From Rhizodiscina lignyota (Eukaryota), in assembly GCA_010015805.1 (NCBI GenBank), contig ML978130.1, positions 682,001-746,000 on the forward strand: a DNA stretch of 64,000 nt, in the 5' to 3' direction. Under the pieces are notes generated by a model. That model had not been told where the DNA came from and ran no database searches. It worked only from the letters and a program-made list of their open reading frames with translations. Below, piece after piece: positions 37,848-49,280 of this stretch (positions within the stretch are counted from its first letter, which is position 1; every line of letters starts with the position of its first letter). The translations under genes and the position numbers were made by a program.

Positions 37848-40800
37848 CTATTCAGATGACAAAATACTCAACTTCAATGCCTTCTGCAAGTCTTCATCGT
37901 CCTTATCCTCTGTCGCTGTGGCACGGCCCTTGCCTTTGTTCTGATGGTGCACTTCCAAGAGGCTTTGCTTCTTGACGTACTCCATCACAATCGCTTCTTC
38001 CGTCTTTTCTTGTGTCGTTTTCTCCCCCTGCTGTCCCTGTTGTTGCGCCTCGAACTCACTTTGCGTGGTGCCCGCGAGATGCCCCTGATCATTTGAAGGG
38101 GTTCGCTGGACACCTGATGGCTCACCAGCCACGGCTGCCGCCTTCTCCGCCATCTTTTCGGAATTTCTTCTTGGCCGCTCGAACTCGTCATTTTCCTCCT
38201 CATCGAGACCCATGTCAGACTCCCATTCACTGTCGCTGCCCCTCTGTCTCTGTTCTCTCAGACTCTGCGCCATGACTCGCTTCAGCTGTTTCTCATATTC
38301 CGATGCATCGCTTGCGTGTCGCTGAGCTTCAGCTTCGCTGAACGCAATCGCCTGGCGCAAATTCTCCTGATCTGCCTGATGATCTGCAGCTTCTTGTCGT
38401 TGGCGCTGAAGCTGGGACACGTTTTCCTGAATCGCCCGCTCCACATCGGTATTCTCTTCTACGTCTCCACGTGACGTCTCCTGGACTGACAGTCGCATGG
38501 TTTCGTTGATTTCAGCCGAACTCGCAGTGCTTCCGCGGTTTTGGCGGGCCTCTGTGTCCTCTCTGTTCGTCTTTCGCTGTGCTTCTAGAACATCTTGCAC
38601 CATCTCGTCAGGGCTGCGTCTTTTCTTTAGGTATTTCTGGATCAGCTTCCACCGAACGATGACGTCTTGCTTTTCTGCATCGGAGCTCTGCAGCCACTCC
38701 TCGTACCCTTGAGCTACCCTGGACGCGACGATGTAATTCTGCACATTGCTGCCGAACAACTTCTGCACCTCTTTGCTGACCCCCTGCATCGTATGACCGA
38801 GGATACCAAGGGAGGCCGCGCCTGACTTGGCTAGGAATCCTCCGATCCCTTTGCCAACTCCTTTGACAAAGCCGCTGGCACCCTCTTTCTCGGCGCCTTT
38901 CCAGGGCTGAGTGACCAGGCCAGTAACGCCATCGTACCAGCCAAAGCCAAACTCTCTTCCTACTGCTTTGATGCCTGATTTGAAATCGTTGACCCTTTCT
39001 TGAGGGCGCACGGTATCGTCTCCCCAAAGCTTAGGGATATTGTGAAACCCTCTCGTGAAATTCACTGAAAGGTCCACGGGCGCCTGTACAACCGCCTTTA
39101 CGAAACGCCCGGCGCCTTTGCTCATATGCACGCCAGTCGGGCGCAGCATGTCAGGATCTTTGCCGGCGCCAGATTCATTCCGACTGCGGAATTGACTTCG
39201 GCTAGCGTCGTTTTGTTTTGGATTCAACTGGCCTTGCAATGGACTGGGTATAGAGCTTGATCCGACGTTCGAAGTGGGAGTTGACCGACCGGAGAGGTTG
39301 GGAAGGCTCCGAACATGAGCAAGAGAGTCGTCCGCAATCAAGCTCGTCTCACTTTGTCCAGGCGAAATCGACGGATTTGATCTTTCACCCACATGTGAGG
39401 CCTCGCTTTTGCTCGCGATTGTCGACACTGATGCTTGGGACTGCTGTCGGCTGCGTCCAGCCGGAATCTGCAAAGCTCTCCATGTTTCCGAAGGAACATC
39501 GGCCAGCCCCATCATCATGCCGCCGACCGCCCCCAAAAATGCTGTAAAACCACCGGATATTGGATCCCAGGGACCTTCGTCGGTGTAATGTTCTTGTGGT
39601 CTAAAGAGCTTCAAGTCGTGGAAATCCAACAGATCTGCATTCGCCAAAGTACAGGCAGCAAAAGCACTCAACCTGACCTTGGTGCGCTTGACGCGCCACA
39701 CAGCGGATCGAGATGGTGCAAGGGTACAACGGAGTCGGTCAGGCTCGAGAAATTGATGGATTGACTGAGCACCCATGTCGCTGCCTCGCTCCGCCGCGAT
39801 CTTGCTTGCGAGTTCTTTGGCGCGTTCCAGGCTTTCCGGTTTCAGACAGAAGTTGATGGCATCGGCTAGTTTGTCCGCTGTGAGTTGTTTGTAAGGGATT
39901 GGATACGGGCCTGCGCCTGCTCGCGCGACCATGGCGCCCCAGAAAGGCTGGTCTCCAAAGAAGGGAACGACTAAAGTCGGCCGGCCTGCGGTAATGCCTG
40001 CCGCTGTGGTTCCTGCGCCACCATGGTGCACGACGCACGAGACGTGCTTAAAAAGCCAATCATGCGGCACGTTGCCTAGTATGAAGACGCTATCGGGGAT
40101 ATGAAGCTCGTCTGCGCCCATGCCTCCCCAGCCTTTAGAAAGGAGGACACGCTGGCCAGTCTTCCTCACGGCCTTGAAAATGAGTTCCGTCATCGCATTG
40201 GGATCGTCTAAAACGATGCTCCCGAATCCTATATAGACGGGAGGTGGACCATCGTCGAGAAATGCCTGTAAGTCAGGGGCAGGGGTGTAGTTAGAGGCCA
40301 AGTTGAGAAAGTAGAACCCGGAGATAGATATGTGAGGGCCCCAGTCTTTCGGTTTGGGTATTAGGGCCGGAGACCAGCAGTAGGTGTGAGGGATTTTAAG
40401 ACGATGGAGCATCCCGGGGGCCCAGATCATACTTATAGGGTCTAAACCGAGACACTTTGCGCGAAATCGGTTAATAATGTCACCTAGGGCCTGCCACGAG
40501 AGGAGTTCGATCATGGCATAGCTGATGTAATTAGTAAGTTGAGGGTCGGCATTCGAGGATTGAATGTTGGCCAGGGGATGAGGAAAGGCCTGGGTGGGAG
40601 AATATGGCATAGTGAACATGATATGGAGCGGGATGCCTAGCTTCTCTGCGCAATGGATATGGGCAAAACTTGGGGGATTGGCGATGATGCAGTCGGCAAC
40701 GAAGTGTTTTGCTGTAGGCTTAGAGCCAGTGTCGTTCCCAGAGGGCTCGGAAAGATCATCGTCGGTTCCGTCATCGGCTTTGTAACATGATCGCCAGCAG

Positions 40801-41519
40801 CCTTGAATGTACTCGGCAACATCTTTTCTTCGCTGGCCGACGTCTCCGCTTACTACACTACGAAAGCCCGGCCTCAGGCCGGGATTCTTAACCATGAAGG
40901 CCATGAGCCGGGTGGGATCGCCGCCAATGCTAAAGAATTCCAGGCCATGCTCTCGAACAAAGTCCTTGAAGGTGGGATGAGTCGCTAGACGTACGCGATG
41001 GCCGTAGGTGTCTTTTAAGACTTTTCCCAAGGCAACGAAGGGTTGCACGTCTCCGCGCGAGCCCACGACCTGGATGACGATGTTCAAGGGCGGGGGTGGA
41101 GGAACTCCCTCCTCGCCTCCTAAGGAAGGGGGAATGTAGCGGGGAGGAGGCGGGGGACTGTCTTGGACACTCTGGACGTGTTGATGTAAAGCAGGAGTAA
41201 AGATCTGGGACAAACGGCGGTTTAACTGATTGATGCGGATGTTGACACGGCCGTCGTCGGTGACACTGGCACTGGTGCCCAGGCCGTCTTTTTCGTTGCG
41301 GATCTCGCCATAGACGTCGCCGTAAGCAGGAGGGGGCATATCATCCTCGGCTGCATCGGGAGTGATGAGGTCAGTCTCTTGCAGGAGGGCCTCCTGTCTC
41401 GTGGGTCTTGCTGGATCGCTCTGGGCGGCAGCAGCAGCTTGTGCTTGCTGAAGCATAGAGTGCTGCACGACTGTCTCCGGGACAGGTCGGCCCTTTTCTG
41501 AGGGAGGTTGGGTGGCCAT
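37848..41519 (-). CDS. UDP-glucose:sterol glucosyltransferase-like protein (GT1; GT28_N + UDPGT) with C-terminal UIM-like helices, intronless
   Basis: VVGSRGDVQPF, RVRLATH, IIANPPSFAHIHCAE, PVYIGFGS, VHHGGAGTTAAG and PFFGDQPFWG. Tail contains LRQAIAFS, LKRVMAQSL and DLQKALKLS. Confidence 0.92.
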   Translation of the reverse strand: MATQPPSEKGRPVPETVVQHSMLQQAQAAAAAQSDPARPTRQEALLQETDLITPDAAEDDMPPPAYGDVYGEIRNEKDGLGTSASVTDDGRVNIRINQLNRRLSQIFTPALHQHVQSVQDSPPPPPRYIPPSLGGEEGVPPPPPLNIVIQVVGSRGDVQPFVALGKVLKDTYGHRVRLATHPTFKDFVREHGLEFFSIGGDPTRLMAFMVKNPGLRPGFRSVVSGDVGQRRKDVAEYIQGCWRSCYKADDGTDDDLSEPSGNDTGSKPTAKHFVADCIIANPPSFAHIHCAEKLGIPLHIMFTMPYSPTQAFPHPLANIQSSNADPQLTNYISYAMIELLSWQALGDIINRFRAKCLGLDPISMIWAPGMLHRLKIPHTYCWSPALIPKPKDWGPHISISGFYFLNLASNYTPAPDLQAFLDDGPPPVYIGFGSIVLDDPNAMTELIFKAVRKTGQRVLLSKGWGGMGADELHIPDSVFILGNVPHDWLFKHVSCVVHHGGAGTTAAGITAGRPTLVVPFFGDQPFWGAMVARAGAGPYPIPYKQLTADKLADAINFCLKPESLERAKELASKIAAERGSDMGAQSIHQFLEPDRLRCTLAPSRSAVWRVKRTKVRLSAFAACTLANADLLDFHDLKLFRPQEHYTDEGPWDPISGGFTAFLGAVGGMMMGLADVPSETWRALQIPAGRSRQQSQASVSTIASKSEASHVGERSNPSISPGQSETSLIADDSLAHVRSLPNLSGRSTPTSNVGSSSIPSPLQGQLNPKQNDASRSQFRSRNESGAGKDPDMLRPTGVHMSKGAGRFVKAVVQAPVDLSVNFTRGFHNIPKLWGDDTVRPQERVNDFKSGIKAVGREFGFGWYDGVTGLVTQPWKGAEKEGASGFVKGVGKGIGGFLAKSGAASLGILGHTMQGVSKEVQKLFGSNVQNYIVASRVAQGYEEWLQSSDAEKQDVIVRWKLIQKYLKKRRSPDEMVQDVLEAQRKTNREDTEARQNRGSTASSAEINETMRLSVQETSRGDVEENTDVERAIQENVSQLQRQRQEAADHQADQENLRQAIAFSEAEAQRHASDASEYEKQLKRVMAQSLREQRQRGSDSEWESDMGLDEEENDEFERPRRNSEKMAEKAAAVAGEPSGVQRTPSNDQGHLAGTTQSEFEAQQQGQQGEKTTQEKTEEAIVMEYVKKQSLLEVHHQNKGKGRATATEDKDDEDLQKALKLSILSSE

Positions 41520-42503
41520 AGTGTGAATGAAAGAAGGCAGGTGGGCTCACTCAAGTCACTCACGGCATCAGTATTATGTCGTGGAAGAGGGACTGAGGCG
41601 AGTGGCTGAGTGAGGTGACGCGACTGCGGGGAGAGAGAGGATCGAAGAGATTCTATCATAGACGCGTATATACCTACCTGAACCATGTAAATGCTAGGGG
41701 TATGTGAATTGATCAGTCGGCTGAGCAGAATGGAGAAGCGTTCGATTTGGCATATTCTTGTACCTGATATGGCCGAATCAGGTAAAGGTTGCGACTTGGC
41801 AGTGCCGAAACGGAGCGCCTGGCAGTCGGCCAATCGGCGCGTACCCTACTACATGAGTAGGCGCGGGAAGACCCATTACAAGCCGTCATAGTCTGCCTGA
41901 TTACAGGTACGATCAGTTTTGAAGAAACCCTTCTTTCGGCGAGGACTCGGATATTTGTGGTCTTCCCATGTCTGGGCAATCATATCCTGATATGGAACCT
42001 CCTCTTCCCCCAGGTATGGGAGAGGATCGCGTATGGAGGGACCGACGCGCTCTCAAAAGATTCAAGAGCATGGTTTTGGGTGTGTAAGAGTCGCATCCAG
42101 GTCGAACTCTTGAATGATAGTACAACTGGAGGGTTTAAGGGTTGAATTAGACTTGTAGTCGAAGATAGCTTGGCACTACGTACGGATCCACCCTATTAAT
42201 AAGGTTGCCCCAGCCACTTCTAAGGAGCTTCCTTATAAAGCATCCCTACTGCGATCCTCACCCAAAGAATCCTGTCGGCGTCGCACTTCATCCTGTTATG
42301 TGATAAACCCAAAGCGGAAGTATTATTGTGTTCTGTGCGGACATCTACGCAAGAAACTGTTCAAGTCCGAAAAAAGTGGCTGTGCAGGCAAAAGCAAATC
42401 TAAAGCTCTCGATGACGCGCAGGTGCCATAATCTTTTGTATCCAGTGTAGACGCGTCTATTAAATATCGAGAATCCTTCCGAAATGCCGTGGTGTCAGTC
42501 GAG

Positions 42504-44414
42504 ATGCCCCGATCAAGTCCGCCAGGAGCGCCATCTCCTTACTCAATATACGTAAATCGTCTTGGACCGGTGGCTGTCCGCGTGCTAGAGATCACCCCAG
42601 GAACTGTAAATGAAGAGCTCCGTGTGAGCATGAGAGTTGTCCCGCTCGATAATCCCGGCGTCTATGATGCGATTTCTTACGTCTGGGGAACGACAACGCG
42701 ATCAGGCAATATCATTTGCAATGGCCGTCTCTTGACAATCACTACGAACTTGGAAGACGCCTTGAGACGCATCCGTGACCCAACCGAAAAGCGCAGAGTC
42801 TGGGCGGATGCCCTTTGTATTAATCAAGAAGATGTAGTGGAGAAAAATAATCAGGTTGCCATCATGAAGAGGATCTTCGAGCGGGCGCGTCAAGTCTTGA
42901 TCTGGATGGCCAGAGATGATGACGGAAGTGCGCAAGCTGCTATTAATATATTCTCTATTGCGAGCCAGTATGTGAAGGAGCAGGCGGGAGGTGACTGGGA
43001 CACGATGGTACGCATTGTAGCCGCCGAAACTCCAGCCCAACGAGACGACACTCGGGATCTGCCCGCACGTGGAGACCAGAAATGGGACGCTCTTGTTCGA
43101 TTCATGGAGCGACCATGGTTCTCAAGGACCCGGGTCATCCAAGAAGTCTCCTTCAATCGTCGTGCCACGATGCTTGTCGGCTTCGAGAGTTTGCAGATTG
43201 GGCTGAGCGAAGTTTGCCATACGATCTTGTGGCTGTCGCTCAAAATCTGTATACCGAAATCGGCTAGAAATTTCGACAACGTGTTTTTCATTATGCGGTG
43301 TCACGATCTAAAGACCTACCCGCTCCGCGATCGAATTTACTTCATCCGGGAGTTTGCTGCGACGAAGAATGTCGACAAAATCTACGGAATATTAGGAGTA
43401 TCCACAGAAGGAGCAGACCTGGCTCAACATCCACGCCTGCGCATAGATTATGCAAGAGAGGATAATTTCCATAGCGTCTACCGGGATGCGGTGAGGCATC
43501 TGATTGAATATTCGGACATAACTCTGGGTTCACTCTCACCGCTTCACCCTTTGCATTTGATATATAACTTGGATCCTACTGGCGTGATCGATAAGACACG
43601 GTGCTCTTGGATCCCGACCTTGGAGTTGCCTAGCAGAGAGGATGAAGGGAAGGGCCTTGCATGGGTATCACAAAATTGGTCAATCCAGGATCAGGGTTCG
43701 TTTGACGCCTCAAAGGATACTCGACCCATCATGCTTGAATCAGAAGAGGAGATACTCGTTCTGCAAGGGCTCTTGATTGATACTATTCGCTCCGTGTCTA
43801 AGGACATCGCTCAGCGGAGTACTGATACATCACAAAAAGCCTCGGCAGTTACGAAATGCTGGCGTATGTGTGCTGCTGATCCGGATACAGCCCATCAATA
43901 TGGTCATGCCTTGGAAGATGCATTCGCGAAGACTGTAACGCAATCATACTTGGAAGGGAGTTCATATCTTGACGAAGATCGAGATAATGTCCAACAGGTG
44001 CTGAACGGCGGATTCCACAACGGCAATTCTTTTGCAGCGTATTGGGAAAGCCGATTGAGAGTCGTTAAGGAAAACAGTTTAACTGGAGCGGACTTGCTAC
44101 TGTTAGAGCAACTGCGACCGAAATCAGCTCCATTACCAGAGCAGCAATTTGGACTCTTATTCGAGCTCCGCATTGCTTCAGGGCGAGCGTTCTTTCTTAC
44201 AAGCCATGGCTATATTGGCATGGGCATGCCTGCAGTCCTTCCAGGAGATGCGGTTTGCGTTCTGTTTGGCGGTATCACCCCTTTTGTTTTGCGGCCAGAC
44301 GGCGAATACTATCGGTTTATCGGAGAATGTTACGTTGAAGGCCTCATGGAGGGAGAAGCAATTGACGATTTTGAAAGGGGTAGATTGCAGGAAGCTCTCT
44401 TTCAAATAGTCTAA
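42504..44414 (+). CDS. Heterokaryon incompatibility (HET-domain, HET-6-like) protein, intronless
   Basis: YDAISYVWG, NLEDALRRIR, WADALCINQED..EKNNQVAIM..IF..A..V..W, WFSRTRVIQE, DKIYGILG and C-terminal GDAVCVLFGG..PFVLR...IGECYVEGLMEGE. Confidence 0.93.
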   Translation: MPRSSPPGAPSPYSIYVNRLGPVAVRVLEITPGTVNEELRVSMRVVPLDNPGVYDAISYVWGTTTRSGNIICNGRLLTITTNLEDALRRIRDPTEKRRVWADALCINQEDVVEKNNQVAIMKRIFERARQVLIWMARDDDGSAQAAINIFSIASQYVKEQAGGDWDTMVRIVAAETPAQRDDTRDLPARGDQKWDALVRFMERPWFSRTRVIQEVSFNRRATMLVGFESLQIGLSEVCHTILWLSLKICIPKSARNFDNVFFIMRCHDLKTYPLRDRIYFIREFAATKNVDKIYGILGVSTEGADLAQHPRLRIDYAREDNFHSVYRDAVRHLIEYSDITLGSLSPLHPLHLIYNLDPTGVIDKTRCSWIPTLELPSREDEGKGLAWVSQNWSIQDQGSFDASKDTRPIMLESEEEILVLQGLLIDTIRSVSKDIAQRSTDTSQKASAVTKCWRMCAADPDTAHQYGHALEDAFAKTVTQSYLEGSSYLDEDRDNVQQVLNGGFHNGNSFAAYWESRLRVVKENSLTGADLLLLEQLRPKSAPLPEQQFGLLFELRIASGRAFFLTSHGYIGMGMPAVLPGDAVCVLFGGITPFVLRPDGEYYRFIGECYVEGLMEGEAIDDFERGRLQEALFQIV

Positions 44415-45445
44415 GAGCTCAGAGATTACGTCTGGTACCAACCCGTACATCCGTGATGCTACTAACTTGAAGATCTTACAAAGGGAGAAGCATCACTGAG
44501 CTAAAGACTAGGGCTGATAGAGCTGATAGAGGGGCCAATTCTATCAGTCACTCTATAGGGGAACCTAGAGTCATAGTAAAATATAATAGTAAGATATGTA
44601 GATATGAAATTTCATGCCGTAGCTGTTCGGCATAGCGCATGATCTGTACTGTTGCGTCTCCACGAAGTGGGGTATGGTTTTCAGCAGCAGCATAGTACTA
44701 AAATACGACAACAAATTAGCATAACTCCAGATTGATGCTGTGCAACAGGACAACTTACTGCTAGGAATGTGGGATCATATTAATGAATTCAGCTCATATG
44801 TCCATAGAACCCTTCGTGTATACCATAGCACCGCGGCATGACCCATCTCGGCGAAGAGTCCTTTCCCTGAGATCGGCGACTTGAATATCAACAACTCGGC
44901 GATACAGCAGGCACGTCTTTCCGAGAAGAAGGCGAGGAATACCCATTGCGAATGGTTCAATATTGACCGTAGGTCTGCCCAGATTGACACGTCGGTGAAG
45001 ATGATTGAAAGCAAACTTCAGCGCCTCCGTGCTGTTATGTCTCGGAATGTAAGGTCATTGCTTGGAAATGCCTCGGAGCCGAAAATAGACAGACTTTCAT
45101 TGTGAACTTCGAGAAGCGCTTCTGTCAGCATGCCATTGATCCATGTAGAGTTGGCGGAGTGCGCAAGCTGTCTGGTCTAACGTTCGACGGCTCCAAAATT
45201 GTAGCCAGAGTTGACGAGGCTGGCCGATTGAAGAGGAGGCTGGCGCGGAGACTCTGTAACCAGAAGGTGCTGTATAGGTATGAAACCAAAGCATAGACTA
45301 TGACTATGGTAGATGCCATACGTATGATGCGGTCCACGTTGATGTTGGATCCTGAGAAGATCGAAGGGCTTGTGAAGGAAGGAATGTCGGGAAGCGCGTG
45401 TGGATATAAACATAGCTGGAAGCTAAATGCGGGAGCTATCAGGGA

Positions 45446-45814
45446 TCAGGCAGCCCACTCCTCGTGCTCGATCTTGGTGATGTATTGTCCCGGAATCACG
45501 ACGAGCCCGACATAACGGTTGGTAAACTGGAGTTGTAGTGGGGCGCTCCCCTCTCCTTGCGACACAGCTGCCGCCTGGATGTCTTCATCGGGCGGCGGGC
45601 GGTATTCTTGAGTTAGAGCAAGGATGACATTGCAGTCCTGCAACCATTAGCGCACCGTCACTCTTCTGCAGTTGGAGTTGGCTGAACACGGTACTTTATC
45701 GGTGCACTTTAGCTGGCCGACAAAGACCCGTTTGTCGGACACGGAGACCCGCAATGTCTTCGTGAGATAGTGCTCAAGAAACTCCACGCCTTCCTGCTCT
45801 GTCACTGACGCCAT
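45446..45814 (-). CDS. mak31: Sm-like NatC auxiliary subunit (Mak31/Naa38/LSMD1-like)
   Basis: YLTKTLRVSVSDKRVFVGQLKCTDK-DCNVIL...EYR and RYVGLVVIPGQYITKIE. One intron at ~45638-45694. Confidence 0.85.
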
Positions 45815-46051
45815 GTTGGTGGTTAAGACAGAGTTGAATGGTGGATGAAACCCGACGTTCGAAAAGAGTTCAGATGTGGCTTGACCAAAAACGGCAGGCC
45901 GAACCGGACCGAAATCTTATCTTGACGACGCGGAGATGAGCGCAGATTCGAAAACGGCGTGTATAGAGTACATAAGCGTGCAGGCTTCTAAAGTTTGTGC
46001 TGGAACTTCGATCTTAACATCTGTGTTATACTCATCCAGATCCCGCGTGTC

Positions 46052-47581
46052 ATGGCTGCCGCCGTTGCATCCCCACAAGCTTCAAGCTCTGTGAACCTGC
46101 AGGGCAGGGACGAATACATCCAAGAAGCAAAGAACTATTTGCATTCTCGTGTTTCTAAAGACACCGGCCTCTCCTCAAAGAAATTCGAGATTCCCGTCAT
46201 CGATCTAGCGCCCTCTTTCTCCCCGTCCCTTGCCGATAGAATATCTGTAGCGTCCAAAATCCGCGATGCTTGTACGAGCAGCGGCTTTTTCTACATCACC
46301 TCTCATGGCATATCATCCTCAGTCTGCGATTCCGCTTTGAAGCTTGCAGATCGTTTTTTCAAAGAGCTCCCATTCGAGAAGAAAGACTCGCTACATATGC
46401 GCAACTCCTCACTCCATCGTGGCTGGGAGCCATCCGAGTTCACATCGTTGGAAGGCCAGTCCGAAACGAAAGAAGGCTTCAACTGGGGCTACGAAGAGGC
46501 GTTCGACCCGACCGGTGGCGATGGGAAGTATGTTGAGCTGGACGGCAGCGCCACAAATGGAAATATGTGGCCTGCGGAAGACGATCTCCCAGGTTTTTAC
46601 GGCGGCATCAAGGAGTATTACGGTCAAGTCCTGCAGCTTGCGCGCCATCTCTTCCGGTTGTTTGCGCTGAGCTTGGATCTCCCAGAAACCCACTTCGACG
46701 CGATGACCACGCATCCCGGCGGTATTGCGCGCATCCTGTATTATCCAGCTGGCGCTCCACAAGCGGGAGATACTGACATGCAAGACATCGGACTCGGTGC
46801 TCACAGCGACTACGAGTGCTTCACCATCTTGCTGTGTTCATCTGCTCCTGGGCTTGAGATCCTTTCCCCAAACAATGAATGGATCTCTGCTGCTCCTGTG
46901 CCCGGTAAGAGATCCATGCCACATATCCTTTTGCAGTTGGTCCTTCGTCGACCTCGCATTTGCCCTCCACTTTGAAAATTCGTTGCTCTTTTCCTTGCGT
47001 AGAGCATGTGAATTGACTTGACCTCGTCAAACTACCTCTGAAATCGTGTTCTCGAGCTATTGTAGTTTGTCTTTGCCTGCTTGTATTGCTCGCGATCTTT
47101 GTATTGTTCAAAACTGTAAAAACCAGGCACACTGGTAGTCGAACTTCATCCAGGATGTTAGTTCGAGAAGTAGAGCAGTGAAAAGGCTCGACAATAGTGT
47201 ATCAAATACTGCTGAACTATGCTAACACATATCGCTTTATTCCAGGTAGCTTCATTGTCAACGTCGCCGACTTCCTCATGCGATGGACAAATGGGGTGTA
47301 CAAAAGCACGATTCATCGAGTCGTGAACCGGACACAGGATGCCCGTTACTCCATCCCATTTTTCTTCAGCATCAACTACGATGAAACTGTTGAGGTACGT
47401 CTGACTTTGTCCGAGTCAACATGTCTTGCGCAGAGGGACTAATGTAGCGTAGACACTTCCAACCTGTGTCTCGGAGGACAACCCATCAAAGTATCCACCG
47501 ATCAATGCCGGCAGGTACATTCTTGATAGACTGAACGATGTTGTAGTCGAAGGCTACGGCGGCACTGGAGCGAGTCAATAG
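46052..47581 (+). CDS. 2-oxoglutarate/Fe(II)-dependent dioxygenase (DIOX_N + 2OG-FeII_Oxy; IPNS-like superfamily)
   Basis: IPVIDL, ACTSSGFFYI, GAHSDYECFTIL (HxD), STIHRV (His) and RYSIPFF (RxS). Introns 46905-47245 and ~47395-47452. Confidence 0.92.
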
Positions 47582-48073
47582 ATATAGCAGACAGGGTCTT
47601 GATTCAGTCCTTATTAGTGTAATATTGGTGCCCATCGAATCCTGAGTCGGACCTCGAGCTTACTGTTAGATTGTATAAGCCGGAATCTTCCTTATGCTAA
47701 TTTGAAGAAGCCTTCAGTAGCTTACGGTTGAGATAGCTGCGGTTAAGGTCTCAGCTGGTTTAATGTATTTGTTCCTCGGCACTCTTCTTCACTATGACAA
47801 GAGATTCAAGGATTGGAAAGCCGCTTCAGACCAAACTAGAGTTACTAATAATACTAATCGTCCAGTCGAAATATTACACAAATTGAATTTGTCGTACTGT
47901 ACAAGGAGAGACTGAAACTCATGTTCACAAATGGTACGCGAGTGAAGAAAGCCAGGTGCAGACATCGAATGAGTTGAAGATTTGCGTGACAGATATATCA
48001 CAATTTTTATTCTTCAACGTCACAGTATCGTAACAGCATTACTCAAATATGCATCTAAACAGGGGTGGACATA

Positions 48074-49280
48074 TTAATTGTGACCACACACGCTACAAGG
48101 GTGCCCAGCGAGAGCGTCACCGACTGCATAGTATGCGGGTTTCCTCGTATAGTTCGAGTTTCCAAGTCCATAAATATCTGCCCCACCCTTACCTGGAAAT
48201 GTCCCGGGGACCCAAGAATATTTATCGACAAAGTCCCATACTGTGTTGAAATTAAACAAGGATTCACTGCGAGCCTTTCAACATACCTGTCATCCCGATA
48301 CACTGTCGGATATCCACACAAGACTTGACCGCATCATAGTACTCCTTGGCCTGTAGCGCCAAACCGCTCGAATTGTATGGCAACTGCGTGAACCGGACGT
48401 CGAGCTCGGTGCGTGCAATGTCGACACCGAGAGCGGTATACATCTTCGATGCCTCGATCTGTTGCTCGTAACTGGGGGCTGTGCCCACCTCGTAGTGTGT
48501 CTCCAGACCCACGCCGTCAATTTTGAGCTTCCTCCTCTTCAACTCTTTGACTAAGCCAACCACACCGGTAGCCTTCGGGCCCGGGTACTCGATGTTGTAG
48601 TCGTTGTAGTACAGTTTGATATCCTTCCCTGTCAGCTTCACCGCTTCCTCCGCAAATTGATACGCCTTGTAAAAATATTCTGGGCCGATGGTGTCAAACC
48701 ACACGCTTGGTGCCCACGTGCCGTTGTCGTTGAGAGCTTCATTGACGACATCCCAACTGTAGCAAGAGTCGCCGAAGTGAGTAACGACGTTATAGATGTG
48801 GTTCTTCATGACTTCAGTGAGAGCTTCAGCTGTCCAGTTGCGGTCAAGGACCCATTCCGACACCTCAGTAACCCACACTAGATTATGGCAGCGAACGTAG
48901 CGGTTGCCGTGTTGTTTGGCAAGATCGATAACTTCTTGGCCACCCGCGTACGTGAAATTGTTCTGCTCCGGCTCGGTAAATTGAAACTGTCTGGATGTCA
49001 GCAGCCATAGAGCCCCATTCTCGAAGAACTTGCGCACCTTCATCGCGTTTGCTGGCGTCAATTGGCCGAAAATCTTGCTATCATTGAGAATCGACATATA
49101 CTCCTGATCTTGCTGCTCCACTCCAGGAATATCAGTGGCGGTGCCGAACCAGAGTTTTCCCTTTGCTTTGGCGAGCAAGTTCAGATACGGAGGCGCCAAA
49201 GCGGAAGCATATGGGTTCTTTGAGGGCACTGCAGCCACAAGCGCCGCGAGCGTGCCTACAACGAGAAGGACATGCATCAT
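48074..49280 (-). CDS. Secreted GH10 endo-1,4-beta-xylanase
   Basis: Signal peptide, TPANAMK, RCHNLVW, WDVVNEA (acid/base), YYNDYNIE, IDGVGLETH, TELD (nucleophile) and VWDFVDKYSWVP. Two introns. Confidence 0.93.

Noticed and set aside
45125..45413. Possible spliced ORF just downstream of mak31 (bicistronic?)
   Set aside because: Splice signals are plausible but the peptide has no recognisable features; more likely 3'UTR.
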